DNA of 64,000 bases from an uncultured delta proteobacterium (GTDB lineage: Bacteria > Myxococcota > Myxococcia > SLRQ01): the NCBI GenBank assembly GCA_963727485.1, contig CAVSGM010000011.1:96001-160000 (forward strand), in the 5' to 3' direction. The translations under genes and the position numbers were made by a program. Positions within the stretch are counted from its first letter, which is position 1. Every line of letters starts with the position of its first letter. The notes under the pieces were generated by a model. That model saw nothing but the letters and a program-made list of their open reading frames with translations. It was not told the DNA's origin and made no database searches. Positions 10,850 to 20,988 of this stretch are shown here, one piece after another.

Positions 10850-11904
10850 TCGACGGCCGCGAGCTGTTGCGCCAGATGCTCCGGGTGCGCCGGTTCGAGG
10901 AGCGCGCCGCCGAGCTCTACACCCAGGAGAAGATCCGCGGCTTCCTCCACCTCTACATCGGCGAGGAGGCGGCGGCGGCCGGGGTGATCCCGAACCTCGC
11001 CGGGGACGACGCGGTGGTCGCCACCTACCGGGAGCACGGCCACGCCCTGGTGCGCGGCCTCCCCATGGGCCCGGTGCTGGCCGAGATGTACGGGAAGCAG
11101 GAGGGCGTGAGCCGGGGGCGCGGGGGCTCGATGCACCTCTTCGACGCGGCGACGCGGTTCTACGGGGGGAACGCCATCGTCGCGGGGGGCCTGCCCCTGG
11201 CCGTGGGCCTGGCGCTGGCCGACAAGATGCAGGGGCGGCGGCGGGTGACGTGCTGCTTCTTCGGCGACGGGGCCGCCGCCGAGGGGGCGTTCCACGAGTC
11301 CCTGAACCTGGCGCGGCTCTGGGACCTGCCGGTGCTCTTCGCCTGCGAGAACAACCGCTACGCCATGGGCACGGCGCTGCGCTTCTCCCACGCGGTCACC
11401 GACCTGCGGCGCCGGGCGCTGGCCTACGACGTCCCCGCCGAGGCGGTGGACGCCATGGACGCCCGGGCGGTGGCGGCGGCGGCCGAGCGGGCGGTGGCGG
11501 CGATCCGCGCCGGGCAGGGGCCGGTGTTCCTGGAGCTGAAGACCTACCGGTTCCGGGCCCACTCCATGTTCGACCCCGAGCGCTACCGCACCCAGGAGGA
11601 GGTCGCCGCCTGGAAGGAGAAGGATCCGATCCCGCGGCTGGTCGCCGAGCTGAAGGCCGAGGGGGCCCTCGACGAGGCCGGGCTCGCGGCCCTGGAGGCC
11701 GAGGTCGCCGCCGAGGTCGACGACGCGGTGGCCTTCGCCGAGGCCGCCGGGTGGGAGCCGGAGGCCGACCTCTACCGCGACGTCGTCGCGGAGGCCGAGG
11801 CGTCCGAGGCCGCGGCCGCCGGGTCACCCACCGGGTCGGGGCCGGCCACGGGTGCCGAGGCGATGAAGCCCCCCGAGCCCCTCCACGCCGAGGCGAGACG
11901 ATGA
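10846..11904 (+). CDS. pdhA: Pyruvate dehydrogenase E1 alpha
   Basis: [24 protein letters not shown]...[16 protein letters not shown] overlap with acsA. Confidence 0.92.
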   Translation: MIDGRELLRQMLRVRRFEERAAELYTQEKIRGFLHLYIGEEAAAAGVIPNLAGDDAVVATYREHGHALVRGLPMGPVLAEMYGKQEGVSRGRGGSMHLFDAATRFYGGNAIVAGGLPLAVGLALADKMQGRRRVTCCFFGDGAAAEGAFHESLNLARLWDLPVLFACENNRYAMGTALRFSHAVTDLRRRALAYDVPAEAVDAMDARAVAAAAERAVAAIRAGQGPVFLELKTYRFRAHSMFDPERYRTQEEVAAWKEKDPIPRLVAELKAEGALDEAGLAALEAEVAAEVDDAVAFAEAAGWEPEADLYRDVVAEAEASEAAAAGSPTGSGPATGAEAMKPPEPLHAEARR

Positions 11905-12905
11905 CCGCGCTCCCCCAGGCGGCGCCGCCGCGCCTCACCTACCGCGAGGCCGTCCGGGAGGCGATCCGCGAGGCCATGGCACGCGACCCCCGGGTCTTCC
12001 TCATGGGCGAGGACGTGGGCCGCTACGGTGGGTGCTACGCGGTGAGCCAGGGGCTCCTGGAGCAGTTCGGTCCCGAGCGCATCCGCGACACCCCGCTCTC
12101 CGAGGGCGCGTTCACCGGCGCTGGGATCGGCGCGGCCCTCGGGGGGATGCGGCCCATCGTCGAGGTGATGACGGTCAACTTCAGCCTCCTGGCCATGGAC
12201 CAGATCGTGAACACCGCGGCGACCTTCCGGCACATGAGCGGGGGCCAGGTGGGGGTGCCGCTGGTCATCCGCATGACCACCGGCGCCGGCCGACAGCTCG
12301 CCGCCCAGCACTCCCACAGCTTCGAGGGCTGGTACGCCAGCGTCCCCGGCCTCAAGGTGGCGGCGCCGGCGACGGTCGACGACGCCCGGGGGATGCTGGC
12401 CACGGCGCTCGCCGACCCGGACCCGGTGATCCTCTTCGAGCACGCGGGCCTCTACAACCGCGAGGGGGTCCTCGAGGGCGACGGGGGCCCGGTGGACCTG
12501 GTCCACGCGGCGGTGCGCCGGCCCGGGCGCGACGTCACCCTCGTGACCTACGGGGGGAGCCTGTTCAAGACCCTGGAGGCCGCCGACCAGCTCGCCGCCG
12601 AGGGGATCGACGCCGAGGTCCTCGACCTCCGGATGCTCCGGCCGCTCGACACCGAGAGCATCCTGGCGTCGGTGCGCCGGACCCGGCGGGCGGTGGTGGT
12701 CGACGAGGGGTGGCGCAGCGTGTCGCTGGCCTCGGAGGTGATGGCGCGGATCGTCGAGGGGGCGTTCTTCGACCTCGACGGGCCGCTGGCCCGGGTGTGC
12801 ACCGAGGAGGTGCCCATCCCCTACGCGAGGCACCTGGAGGCCGCGGCGCTCCCCCAGCCGGCGAAGATCGTCGCCGCCGCCCGGGAGGTGGTGGGCCGTG
12901 AGTGA
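11901..12905 (+). CDS. pdhB: Pyruvate dehydrogenase E1 beta
   Basis: MGEDVG, DTPLSE, AAQHSHS; ATGA overlap. Confidence 0.92.
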   Translation: MTALPQAAPPRLTYREAVREAIREAMARDPRVFLMGEDVGRYGGCYAVSQGLLEQFGPERIRDTPLSEGAFTGAGIGAALGGMRPIVEVMTVNFSLLAMDQIVNTAATFRHMSGGQVGVPLVIRMTTGAGRQLAAQHSHSFEGWYASVPGLKVAAPATVDDARGMLATALADPDPVILFEHAGLYNREGVLEGDGGPVDLVHAAVRRPGRDVTLVTYGGSLFKTLEAADQLAAEGIDAEVLDLRMLRPLDTESILASVRRTRRAVVVDEGWRSVSLASEVMARIVEGAFFDLDGPLARVCTEEVPIPYARHLEAAALPQPAKIVAAAREVVGRE

Positions 12906-14148
12906 GTTCCGCATGCCCTCGCTCGGCGCGGACATGGAGGCCGGGCGCCTGGTCGAGTGGAAGGTCGCGCCCGGGGACCGGGTGCACCGGGGCGACATCA
13001 TCGCCGTGGTGGAGACGGCGAAGGGCGCCATCGACGTGGAGGTCTTCGAGGACGGGGTGGTGGAGCGGCTCCTGGTGGAGGCGGGGAGCGAGGTGCCGGT
13101 GGGGACGGTGCTGGCGACCCTCGGCGACGGCGCCGGGGCAGAGCCGGTACCGCCTACGCCCGCGCCACCCACTCCACCCGCGCTCGAGCGCGAGCTGGCG
13201 ACGCGGCCGGCGGCGTCCGTGCCGACGCCGGCGCCACGCGCCCCCGCGGGCAACGGCCACCGGCCCACCCGGGTGCGCGCGACCCCCTCGGCGCGCCACC
13301 TCGCCCACGAGCTCGGCGTCGACCTCGGGGCCCTCGGCGCCGGCGGCTCGGTGGTCCACCGGGACGACGTGCGCCGGGCTGCGGGTCCGGCGGCGCCGGT
13401 CGAGGCGCCGGCGTCCCGCCCGGCGGCGCCGCCCACGCCCGCGCGGCCGGCACCCGCCGCGGCGCCGGCACCCGCCGCCGACGCCCAGGCGGCCATGCGC
13501 CGGGCCATCGCCGCGGCCATGGCCCGCTCCAAGCGCGAGATCCCCCACTTCTACCTGGGCGCCACCGCCGACGTCTCCCGGGCCGTCGCCTGGCTCGACG
13601 CCGAGAACGCCGCCCGGGGCCTCGACGACCGGCGGCTCATGGTCAGCCTCCTCCTCCGCGCCGTGGCCCGGTCCCTCGTCGAGCACCCGGCGCTCAACGG
13701 CTTCTACGAGGACGACGCCTTCCGCCCCGCAGACGGGATCCACCTGGGCCTCGCCGTCGCCCTCCGGGGCGGGGGCCTGGTGGCCCCGGCGATCCACCAC
13801 ACCGACCGCCTCGACCTCGACGCCCTCGACGCCGCGGTGAAGGACCTGGTGATCCGGGCCCGGGAGGGGCGCCTGAAGAGCTCCGAGATCGCCGACCCCA
13901 CCCTCACCGTCACCGCCCTCGGGGAGCTCGGGGTGGAGTCGGTCCAGGGGATCATCTACCCGCCCCAGGTGGCCCTGGTGGGCTTCGGCGCCGTGACCCG
14001 GGCGCCGGTGGCGCTTCCCGACGGGGTGGTCGCGCGCCCGGTCGTCCACGTCACCCTCTCGGCGGACCACCGGGTGGTCGACGGCTTCCGGGGGAGCCGC
14101 TTCCTCCAGGCCGTGATCCACCGCCTCGCCAATCCGGAGGTCCCATGA
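12898..14148 (+). CDS. pdhC: Dihydrolipoamide acetyltransferase E2
   Basis: Lipoyl domain VETAKG, PSBD-like ATPSARHLA, catalytic DHRVVDG. Confidence 0.92.
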   Translation: MSEFRMPSLGADMEAGRLVEWKVAPGDRVHRGDIIAVVETAKGAIDVEVFEDGVVERLLVEAGSEVPVGTVLATLGDGAGAEPVPPTPAPPTPPALERELATRPAASVPTPAPRAPAGNGHRPTRVRATPSARHLAHELGVDLGALGAGGSVVHRDDVRRAAGPAAPVEAPASRPAAPPTPARPAPAAAPAPAADAQAAMRRAIAAAMARSKREIPHFYLGATADVSRAVAWLDAENAARGLDDRRLMVSLLLRAVARSLVEHPALNGFYEDDAFRPADGIHLGLAVALRGGGLVAPAIHHTDRLDLDALDAAVKDLVIRAREGRLKSSEIADPTLTVTALGELGVESVQGIIYPPQVALVGFGAVTRAPVALPDGVVARPVVHVTLSADHRVVDGFRGSRFLQAVIHRLANPEVP

Positions 14149-14402
14149 ACCGCGCCGAGCTCGAAGCCGCCGTCCGCGCCGCCCTCGGGCGCATCGCCCC
14201 CGAGGCCCTCGAGGGCCTCGACGACACCAGGCCCATCCGCGACCAGGCGGAGCTCGACTCCATGGACGTGCTCCGCTTCCTCGCCGCCGTCCGGGACGCC
14301 ACCGGGATCGAGATCCCCGAGGCCGACGCGAGGCGCCTCCACAGCGTCGACGACCTGGTGGGCTACCTCTCGACCCGCCCGTCCGTGGCGGCCCGGCCGT
14401 AG
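14145..14402 (+). CDS. Acyl carrier protein
   Basis: 85 aa, LDSMD phosphopantetheine site, IEIPEAD...SVDDLVGYL; ATGA overlap with pdhC. Confidence 0.85.
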   Translation: MNRAELEAAVRAALGRIAPEALEGLDDTRPIRDQAELDSMDVLRFLAAVRDATGIEIPEADARRLHSVDDLVGYLSTRPSVAARP

Positions 14403-15283
14403 CCGAAGGGCTCGGCGCGGGCGCGCCAGTCCTCGGGCACCCCGCCGGTGGCCGAGAGGGCCACCACGCCCCCGGCGATGGCACAGGTGGTGTCCCGGTC
14501 CCCGAGACCCGAGACCGTGCTCCACATCGCCGCGGCGTAGTCGTCGAGGTGCCGGGCCGCGCACCAGAGCGCGAACGGCACGGTGTCGGTGGCCAGCACC
14601 TCCTGGCCGCTGCCCAGGCGCTCGGCGGCCTCGTGGCCGGCGAGGTCGAAGCCCAGGTCGAGGGCCAGCTCCAGGCCGTCGCGCACCACCCCGGCCGGCG
14701 TGAAGGTCACGGTGGTGGCCAACAGCTCGGCGCCGTCGCGCACCGGCTCCGACCGCAGGCGCCAGGCCACCGCCGCGGCGACCGCCACCGCCACCGCCCC
14801 GGCCTGCCCCTCGGGGTGGCTGTGGGTCGGCACGGCCGAGGCCCGGGCCTCGTCCACCACCCGGTCCAGGTCCTCGGCGAAGTACGCCCCCAGGGGGGCC
14901 ACCCGCATCGCCGCGCCGTTGCCCATGGACCCCACGCCCCCGTGGACCGACCGGGAGAGCTCGGCCCAGGGCTGCCCGTCGGCGATGCCCTCGAGGATGC
15001 GCGCGGCGGTGGGCCCGTAGCCACGCCAGGGCCGGGCCCGGTACCGGCGGGCGAAGGCCTGGGCGAGGGCGTCGGGATCCGCCCGGCCCCCGGCCTCGAG
15101 GACCTCGACGATGGCGAGCGCCAGCTCGGTGTCGTCGGTGATGGCCCAGGGACCGGGGGGCAGGGTCCGGGTCAGCAGATGCTCCCGGAGCACCTCGGGG
15201 TCGAAGAACCGCTCCCCGAACGCGTCCCCCACCGCGAGACCGGTCAGGGACAGCGCCATCCGCGCGCTGGGTGTTTCGTACAT
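14363..15283 (-). CDS. ADP-ribosylglycohydrolase family protein
   Basis: GLAVGDAFG, TDDTE, GNGAAMRVAP, PTHSHP, GDRDTTCAIAGG. Confidence 0.92.
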   Translation of the reverse strand: MYETPSARMALSLTGLAVGDAFGERFFDPEVLREHLLTRTLPPGPWAITDDTELALAIVEVLEAGGRADPDALAQAFARRYRARPWRGYGPTAARILEGIADGQPWAELSRSVHGGVGSMGNGAAMRVAPLGAYFAEDLDRVVDEARASAVPTHSHPEGQAGAVAVAVAAAVAWRLRSEPVRDGAELLATTVTFTPAGVVRDGLELALDLGFDLAGHEAAERLGSGQEVLATDTVPFALWCAARHLDDYAAAMWSTVSGLGDRDTTCAIAGGVVALSATGGVPEDWRARAEPFGYGRAATDGRVER

Positions 15284-15418
15284 CGTGAGGCGTCCGCACC
15301 CAATGTGGGACCCCGGGGTCCGCCAGGAAAGGCCCGCGCGCGGTTTGGCGCAGCGCGCCTTGCCCCGGAGGCTGGCAAGGCCGATATGGAGAGGGAACCC
15401 CCAAAGCCGGGAGGCACC

Positions 15419-17035
15419 ATGGAAGCCACGATGATGCAGTACCCCCTGTCGGTGAACCACCTCATCGAGCGCGCCGGTACGCTCTTCGGTGACGTCGAGG
15501 TCGTCAGCCGGATGCCCGACCGGTCGCTGCACCGCCAGACCTACGCCGACACCCTCCGGCGGACCCGGGCGCTGGCCAAGGGCCTGCTCGAGGCCGGCCT
15601 CAAGCCTGGGGACCGGGTGGCCACCCTGATGTGGAACCACTACGCCCACCTGGAGACCTACTTCGGCGCCCCCATGGCCGGCGGGATGTACCACACCCTC
15701 AACCTGCGCCTCGCCCCCGAGGAGATGGCGTACATCATCGACCACGCCGAGGACCGCTACCTCATCGTCGACGACGTGCTGCTGCCCCTCTACCAGCGCA
15801 TCGCCGACCAGGTGAAGTTCGAGAAGGTCTTCGTGGTGCCGCTCACCGGCAAGCCGGTGCCCGACGGCTTCGCGAGCTACGAGGACCTGCTCTCCGAGCC
15901 CGGCGCCGACTGGCAGCCCCCGGAGGTGGACGAGAACGCCGCCATCGGGCTGTGCTACACCTCGGGCACCACCGGCAAGCCCAAGGGCGTGGCCTACTCC
16001 CACCGGGCGCTGGTGCTCCACTCCTTCGCCTCGGCCATGGCCGGGACCCTCGGCCTCTCCGACCACGACACCCTGGTGCCGGTGGTCCCCATGTTCCACG
16101 CCAACGCCTGGGGCCTGCCCTTCACCGCGGCGCTGGTCGGCTGCAAGCAGGTCTTCCCCGGTCCCCACCTCGACCCCGAGAGCCTGCTCCAGCTCTACCA
16201 GGACGAGAAGGTCACCGTCTCCGCCGGGGTGCCCACCATCTGGCTCGGGATCATCCAGACCCTGGAGAAGGATCCCAAGGCCTACGACCTGGTCCCGGGC
16301 CTGCGGATGATCGTCGGCGGGGCCGCGGCGCCCCAGTCGCTCATCCGCGCCTTCGACAAGTTCGACATGCGCGTCATCCACGCCTGGGGCATGACCGAGA
16401 CCACGCCGCTGGGCTCGGTGGCCTCGCTCAAGCCCAAGATGGAGAGCTGGCCCGAGGACGACCAGTACGCCATCCGCGCCAAGCAGGGCCTCCCGGCGCC
16501 CTTCGTGGAGATCCGCGCCCGGGGCGACAAGGACCTGGTGCCCTGGGACGGCAAGAGCTACGGCGAGCTGGAGGTGCGCGGCCCCTGGGTGGCGTCGGGC
16601 TACTTCCACACCGACCTGGGCAAGGACAAGTGGACCCGCGACGGCTGGTTCCGCACCGGCGACGTGGTGACCATCGACAAGGAGGGCTACCTCCAGATCG
16701 TCGACCGCACCAAGGATCTGGTGAAGTCCGGCGGCGAGTGGATCAGCTCGGTGGACATGGAGAACCTGCTCATGGGCCACCCGGCGGTGGCCGAGGCCGC
16801 GGTGATCGCCATCCCCGACGAGAAGTGGGGCGAGCGGCCGCTGGCGGTGGTGGTGTTCAAGGAGGGCCAGAGCGCCACCGAGGACGCGCTGCGCGAGCAC
16901 CTCTCGAAGGACTTCGCCAAGTGGGCGATCCCCGAGCGCTTCGAGATCCGCAAGGAGATCCCCCGGACCGCCACCGGCAAGTTCCTCAAGCGCGCCCTGC
17001 GCGCCGAGCTCGGCGAGGAGAAGCCGGGGAGCTGA
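15419..17035 (+). CDS. Medium/long-chain fatty-acid--CoA ligase
   Basis: YTSGTTGKPKG, PMFHANAWG, AWGMTET, KSGGEWISS; GGAGG RBS before ATG 15419. Confidence 0.92.
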   Translation: MEATMMQYPLSVNHLIERAGTLFGDVEVVSRMPDRSLHRQTYADTLRRTRALAKGLLEAGLKPGDRVATLMWNHYAHLETYFGAPMAGGMYHTLNLRLAPEEMAYIIDHAEDRYLIVDDVLLPLYQRIADQVKFEKVFVVPLTGKPVPDGFASYEDLLSEPGADWQPPEVDENAAIGLCYTSGTTGKPKGVAYSHRALVLHSFASAMAGTLGLSDHDTLVPVVPMFHANAWGLPFTAALVGCKQVFPGPHLDPESLLQLYQDEKVTVSAGVPTIWLGIIQTLEKDPKAYDLVPGLRMIVGGAAAPQSLIRAFDKFDMRVIHAWGMTETTPLGSVASLKPKMESWPEDDQYAIRAKQGLPAPFVEIRARGDKDLVPWDGKSYGELEVRGPWVASGYFHTDLGKDKWTRDGWFRTGDVVTIDKEGYLQIVDRTKDLVKSGGEWISSVDMENLLMGHPAVAEAAVIAIPDEKWGERPLAVVVFKEGQSATEDALREHLSKDFAKWAIPERFEIRKEIPRTATGKFLKRALRAELGEEKPGS

Positions 17036-17626
17036 TCAGCGCGTCTGGCGCCGGCGGCCCGGGCGGCCCACCTCACCGTGGCGGAAGCACCCGGTGAGGT
17101 GGTCGTTGACCAGGCCGCAGGCCTGGAGGTGCGAGTAGGCGATGGTGGGGCCGTAGAAGCGGAAGCCCCGCTGCTTGAGGGCCCTCGCCAGGGCCTCGCT
17201 CTCCTTCGTCTTCGCCGGGACGTCCTCCAGGCGGCGCCAGTGGTTCACCCGGGGCTCGCCGCCCACGAACGACCAGAGGAAGCGGTCGAAGCCGCCCGCC
17301 TCCCCGGCGAGCTCGAGGAACGCCCGGGCGTTGCCGATGGCCGCCTCGATCTTGGCGCGGTTGCGGACGATGGCCGCGTCCTCCAGGAGCCGGGCCACGT
17401 CCCGGGCCCCGAAGCGCGCCACCTGCTCGGGGTCGAAGCCGGCGAAGGCGCGCCGGTACCCCTCGCGCTTGCGGAGGATGGTGATCCACGAGAGCCCCGC
17501 CTGGGCGCTCTCCAGGATCATGAACTCGAAGTGGCGGCGATCGTCGTGGACCGGCACGCCCCACTCGTCGTCGTGGTAGGCGACGTAGAGGGGATCGTCT
17601 CCGGCCCAGGGGCAGCGTGTGGGCAT
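17036..17626 (-). CDS. tag: DNA-3-methyladenine glycosylase I
   Basis: RCPWA, YHDDEWG, LESAQAGLSWITIL, VNDHLTGC. Confidence 0.95.
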   Translation of the reverse strand: MPTRCPWAGDDPLYVAYHDDEWGVPVHDDRRHFEFMILESAQAGLSWITILRKREGYRRAFAGFDPEQVARFGARDVARLLEDAAIVRNRAKIEAAIGNARAFLELAGEAGGFDRFLWSFVGGEPRVNHWRRLEDVPAKTKESEALARALKQRGFRFYGPTIAYSHLQACGLVNDHLTGCFRHGEVGRPGRRRQTR

Positions 17627-17765
17627 GGGCGACGGGTACGACGGATGCGGGGATCCGGGCAAGGGGCGCGACGGACGCCGGGGAACATCGATTCCTCGCG
17701 CTTCGTTGCACCCTCGACCCGCTGGCGTTACAAGCGCCGGTTCCACCTGAACCGAAGGAGCCACC

Positions 17766-18272
17766 GTGGCCGAAACCCTACTCATCGGCGATGGCACCGT
17801 CGTCGCGTTCCACTACCGCCTCTCCAACGACGCCGGAGACGTCCTCGACTCCTCCGAGGGCAAGGAGCCCCTCTCCTACCTCCAGGGCGCCGGCAACATC
17901 GTCCCGGGCCTCGAGCGCCAGATGCAGGGCCACGTGGCCGGGGACGCCTTCGAGGCGGTGGTCCCGCCGGCCGAGGGCTACGGCGACCGCCAGCCCGTCC
18001 CCGCCCAGGCCCTGCCCCGGTCGAGCTTCCCCGAGGGCGTCGAGCTCCAGGCCGGCATGGGCTTCATCGCCCAGGGCCCCAGCGGCCAGGACATCCCCCT
18101 CTTCATCGTCTCCGTCGGCGACGACGAGGTGAAGGTCGACGTGGACCACCCGCTGGCCGGCGAGACCCTCCACTTCAACGTGGAGGTGGTCTCGGTGCGC
18201 GCCGCCTCCGACGAGGAGAAGCAGCACGGCCACCCCCACGGCCCCGAGGGGCACGGCCACCACCACGGGTAG
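17766..18272 (+). CDS. slyD: FKBP-type peptidyl-prolyl isomerase with His-rich tail
   Basis: PLSYLQG..NIVPGLE, DHPLAGETLHF, C-terminal HGHPHGPEGHGHHHG; GAAGGAG RBS. Confidence 0.93.
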   Translation: MAETLLIGDGTVVAFHYRLSNDAGDVLDSSEGKEPLSYLQGAGNIVPGLERQMQGHVAGDAFEAVVPPAEGYGDRQPVPAQALPRSSFPEGVELQAGMGFIAQGPSGQDIPLFIVSVGDDEVKVDVDHPLAGETLHFNVEVVSVRAASDEEKQHGHPHGPEGHGHHHG

Positions 18273-18364
18273 CCGCGCCGCGCGACACCCGGGCCCGTGA
18301 CGGGCCCACGCCGCGCCCTTGCGCCGCCTCCCCGGGGACCAAGGTTCCCAGGAGGAGGTGACGC

Positions 18365-19291
18365 ATGGGGCGTGGCACGCAGCTTCGCCGAGGGGCGGTC
18401 GTCGGTCGCCGGGGTCGGGTTGCCCGGTACGGCGTCCTCGCCGGCCTGGTCCTGGGACTGGCCCCGGGCCCCGCCCGCGCCGCCGACCGGCTCCAGGTCT
18501 TCGTCAGCATCCTCCCGGAGCGGGCGCTGGTGCAGGCCGTCGGTGGCGACCTGGTGTCGGTCACCGTCCTGGTGGGTCCGGGACGGAGCCCCGAGACCTA
18601 CGCCCCCTCGCCGCGGCAGCTCGAGGCCCTGGGCCGGGCGCAGCTCTACCTGGCCATCGGCGTGCCCTTCGAGTCGGTGTGGCTCCCGCGGATCCACGCG
18701 GCCCAACCGGCGTTGCCCATCGTCCACCTGGAGCAGGGGATCCCAAGGCGCCCGGTGGTCGGCGTCGACGGCCAGCCCGTCCCCGGGGGACCGCCGGATC
18801 CCCACCTGTGGCTGGCACCGCCGCTGGCGAAGCGGCTGGTGGCCCACGTGGAGGCGGCGCTCGTCGCCCGGGACCCGGCCCACACTGCCGAGTACCGGGA
18901 GAACGCCGCGCGCTTCAACGCCAGGCTGGGCACCCTCGACACCTGGATCCGCGCCCGCCTCGCGCCCTACCGGGGCCGGACGATCCTCGTGTTCCACCCC
19001 GCCTGGGGCTACTACGCCGACGCCTACGGCCTCACCGAGCTGCCCATCGAGATCGCGGGCAAGCCTCCTGGGGCGAGGCGCCTCGCCGCGATCCTCGACC
19101 TCGCCCGGACGCGGCGGGTGCGCACGGTCTTCGTCCAGCCCCAGTTCTCCGACGCCCTGGCGCACACCGTAGCCCGGAGCCTCGGGGCGAAGGTGGTCGC
19201 CGTCGATCCCCTCGCCGCCGACTACCTGGCGAACCTCCGGTCGGCCACCGAGGCCTTCGTCGCCGCCTTTGCCCGGGAGCCGTCGCCGTGA
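18365..19291 (+). CDS. znuA: Zn/Mn ABC transporter substrate-binding protein
   Basis: SPETYAPSPRQ, DPHLWL, VFHPAWGY, VDPLA. Confidence 0.88.
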   Translation: MGRGTQLRRGAVVGRRGRVARYGVLAGLVLGLAPGPARAADRLQVFVSILPERALVQAVGGDLVSVTVLVGPGRSPETYAPSPRQLEALGRAQLYLAIGVPFESVWLPRIHAAQPALPIVHLEQGIPRRPVVGVDGQPVPGGPPDPHLWLAPPLAKRLVAHVEAALVARDPAHTAEYRENAARFNARLGTLDTWIRARLAPYRGRTILVFHPAWGYYADAYGLTELPIEIAGKPPGARRLAAILDLARTRRVRTVFVQPQFSDALAHTVARSLGAKVVAVDPLAADYLANLRSATEAFVAAFAREPSP

Positions 19292-20092
19292 CCGGCCCGG
19301 CCGCCCCCACCGCGACGCTTGGCCGCGGCGACGCCACGGCCGCGCCCGCCGTCGCCCTCCGCGGCGTCTCCTTCGCCTACGACGGCTTGGCGGTCCTCGA
19401 GGACGTGGACCTGGTGATCCCTGCCGGCGACTTCCTGGGCCTCGTCGGGCCCAATGGCGGCGGCAAGAGCACCCTCCTCAAGCTCATCCTCGGCCTCCTG
19501 GCGCCGGACACCGGCACGGTGCGGGTCCTCGGCGTGCCCCCGTCCCGCCGCCGGGTCGACATCGGCTACGTGCCCCAGTTCGCCAGCTTCAACCGCGCCT
19601 TCCCCATCTCCGTGGCGGACACGGTGCTCATGGGCCGCCTCGGCCGCACCGCGCCCCTCTTCGGCTACCGGCGCCGGGACCGGGAGGTCGCCGAGCAGGC
19701 GATGGTCGACATGGACGTGGCGGACCTTCGCCGCCGCCCCATCGGCGCCCTCTCCGGGGGCCAGCTCCAGCGGGTCCTCCTCGCCCGGGCGCTCGCCAGC
19801 GAGCCGCGGATCCTCCTCCTCGACGAGCCCACCGCCAACGTCGACCCGCGCGTGGAGAAGACCGTCTTCGATCTCCTCGACGACCTGCGCGGCCGGCTGA
19901 CCATCGTGGTGGTCTCCCATGACATCGGCTTCATCGCAGGGCACGTGGAGGTGGTCGCCTGCCTCAACCGGCGGCTGGTCTGCCACCAGGCCACGGCCCT
20001 CACCGGCGAGATCATCGAGCAGCCTCTACGGCGCGCCGGTCCACCGGATCCGCCACGACACCCGCGTGGATTTGGGCGGAGGCGGGGAGTGA
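19288..20092 (+). CDS. znuC: Zn/Mn ABC transporter ATPase (apparent +1 frameshift at ~20023)
   Basis: GPNGGGKS, LSGGQLQR, LLDEP, SHD; removing one C restores LYGAPV...stop at 20092, overlapping the znuB GTG. Confidence 0.85.
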
Positions 20093-20988
20093 GCGGCTTC
20101 CTCCACGCCCTCGTCACCCAGGGCTTCCTCCAGCGGGCGCTCCTGGCTGGCCTCCTCGCCGCCGTGGGCTGCGGCGTCGTGGGCACCTATGTCGTCACCC
20201 GGCGCATCGGCTACCTCGCCGGGGGCATCGCCCACACCGTCCTGGGGGGCATGGGCATCGCCTACTTCCTCGGGGCCGCGCCCATGACCGGGGCGGTGGT
20301 GGCGGCGCTCTTCGCTGCCGGGGTCATCGGCTGGGTGAGCCTCTCGCAGCGCGCCGAGGAGGACGTGCTCATCGGTGCCTTCTGGGCGGTGGGCATGGCG
20401 CTGGGCGTGGTCTTCCTCTCCCGGAGCCCCGGCTACAACGTCGACCTGATGAGCTACCTGTTCGGGAGCATCCTCCTGGTGCCCGCCGGCGACCTCTGGC
20501 TCATGGGCGCCCTCGATCTCGCCATCGGGGTCACCGTGGCGCTGTTCTGGAAGCAGCTGCTCGCCGTGGCCTTCGACGAGACCTTCGCGCGGCTGCGGGG
20601 GGTGGCGGTGGGCGCGGTGTACATCCTCCTCCTGGCGATGGTGGCGCTTACCGTGGTCCTCCTCATCCGCGTCGTGGGCCTGGTGCTGGTCATCGCCCTG
20701 CTCACCCTCCCGGCGGCCATCGCCGGCCAGTACCGGCGCACGGTCCTGGGGATGATGGTCCTGGCGACGGTCCTCGGCGCGGCGTTCACCGTCCTCGGTC
20801 TCTGGGTGAGCTACGGCCCGGACCTCCCCGCCGGCGCCACCATCATCCTGGTCGCCGGGGTCGCCTACGTGGGGTCCACGGGGATCGTCAGCCTGCGTCG
20901 GTGGCGGCGGGCCCGGGCGCGGCGGGACGCGCGGGCACGAGCACCCGGAGGAGCACCAGGGCCAGGAGCGCCAGGCCGGCGCTGGTGA
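20089..20988 (+). CDS. znuB: Zn/Mn ABC transporter permease
   Basis: GIAHTVLGG, YLFGSIL, FDETFA, GLVLVIALLTLP. Confidence 0.88.
   Translation: MSGFLHALVTQGFLQRALLAGLLAAVGCGVVGTYVVTRRIGYLAGGIAHTVLGGMGIAYFLGAAPMTGAVVAALFAAGVIGWVSLSQRAEEDVLIGAFWAVGMALGVVFLSRSPGYNVDLMSYLFGSILLVPAGDLWLMGALDLAIGVTVALFWKQLLAVAFDETFARLRGVAVGAVYILLLAMVALTVVLLIRVVGLVLVIALLTLPAAIAGQYRRTVLGMMVLATVLGAAFTVLGLWVSYGPDLPAGATIILVAGVAYVGSTGIVSLRRWRRARARRDARARAPGGAPGPGAPGRRW

Noticed and set aside
19288..20988. Apparent ZnuC-ZnuB fusion ORF
   Set aside because: One extra C at ~20023 explains it; correction restores a normal GTGA stop/start overlap at 20089-20092
20888..20988. 3' overlaps of convergent genes (znuB/MFS; also ACP/ADP-ribosylglycohydrolase at 14363-14402)
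   Set aside because: Low-complexity run-on tails are common in high-GC genomes; no evidence of function
17766..20988. His-tailed SlyD next to znuABC as a novel metal system
   Set aside because: Both are well known; adjacency alone is weak evidence
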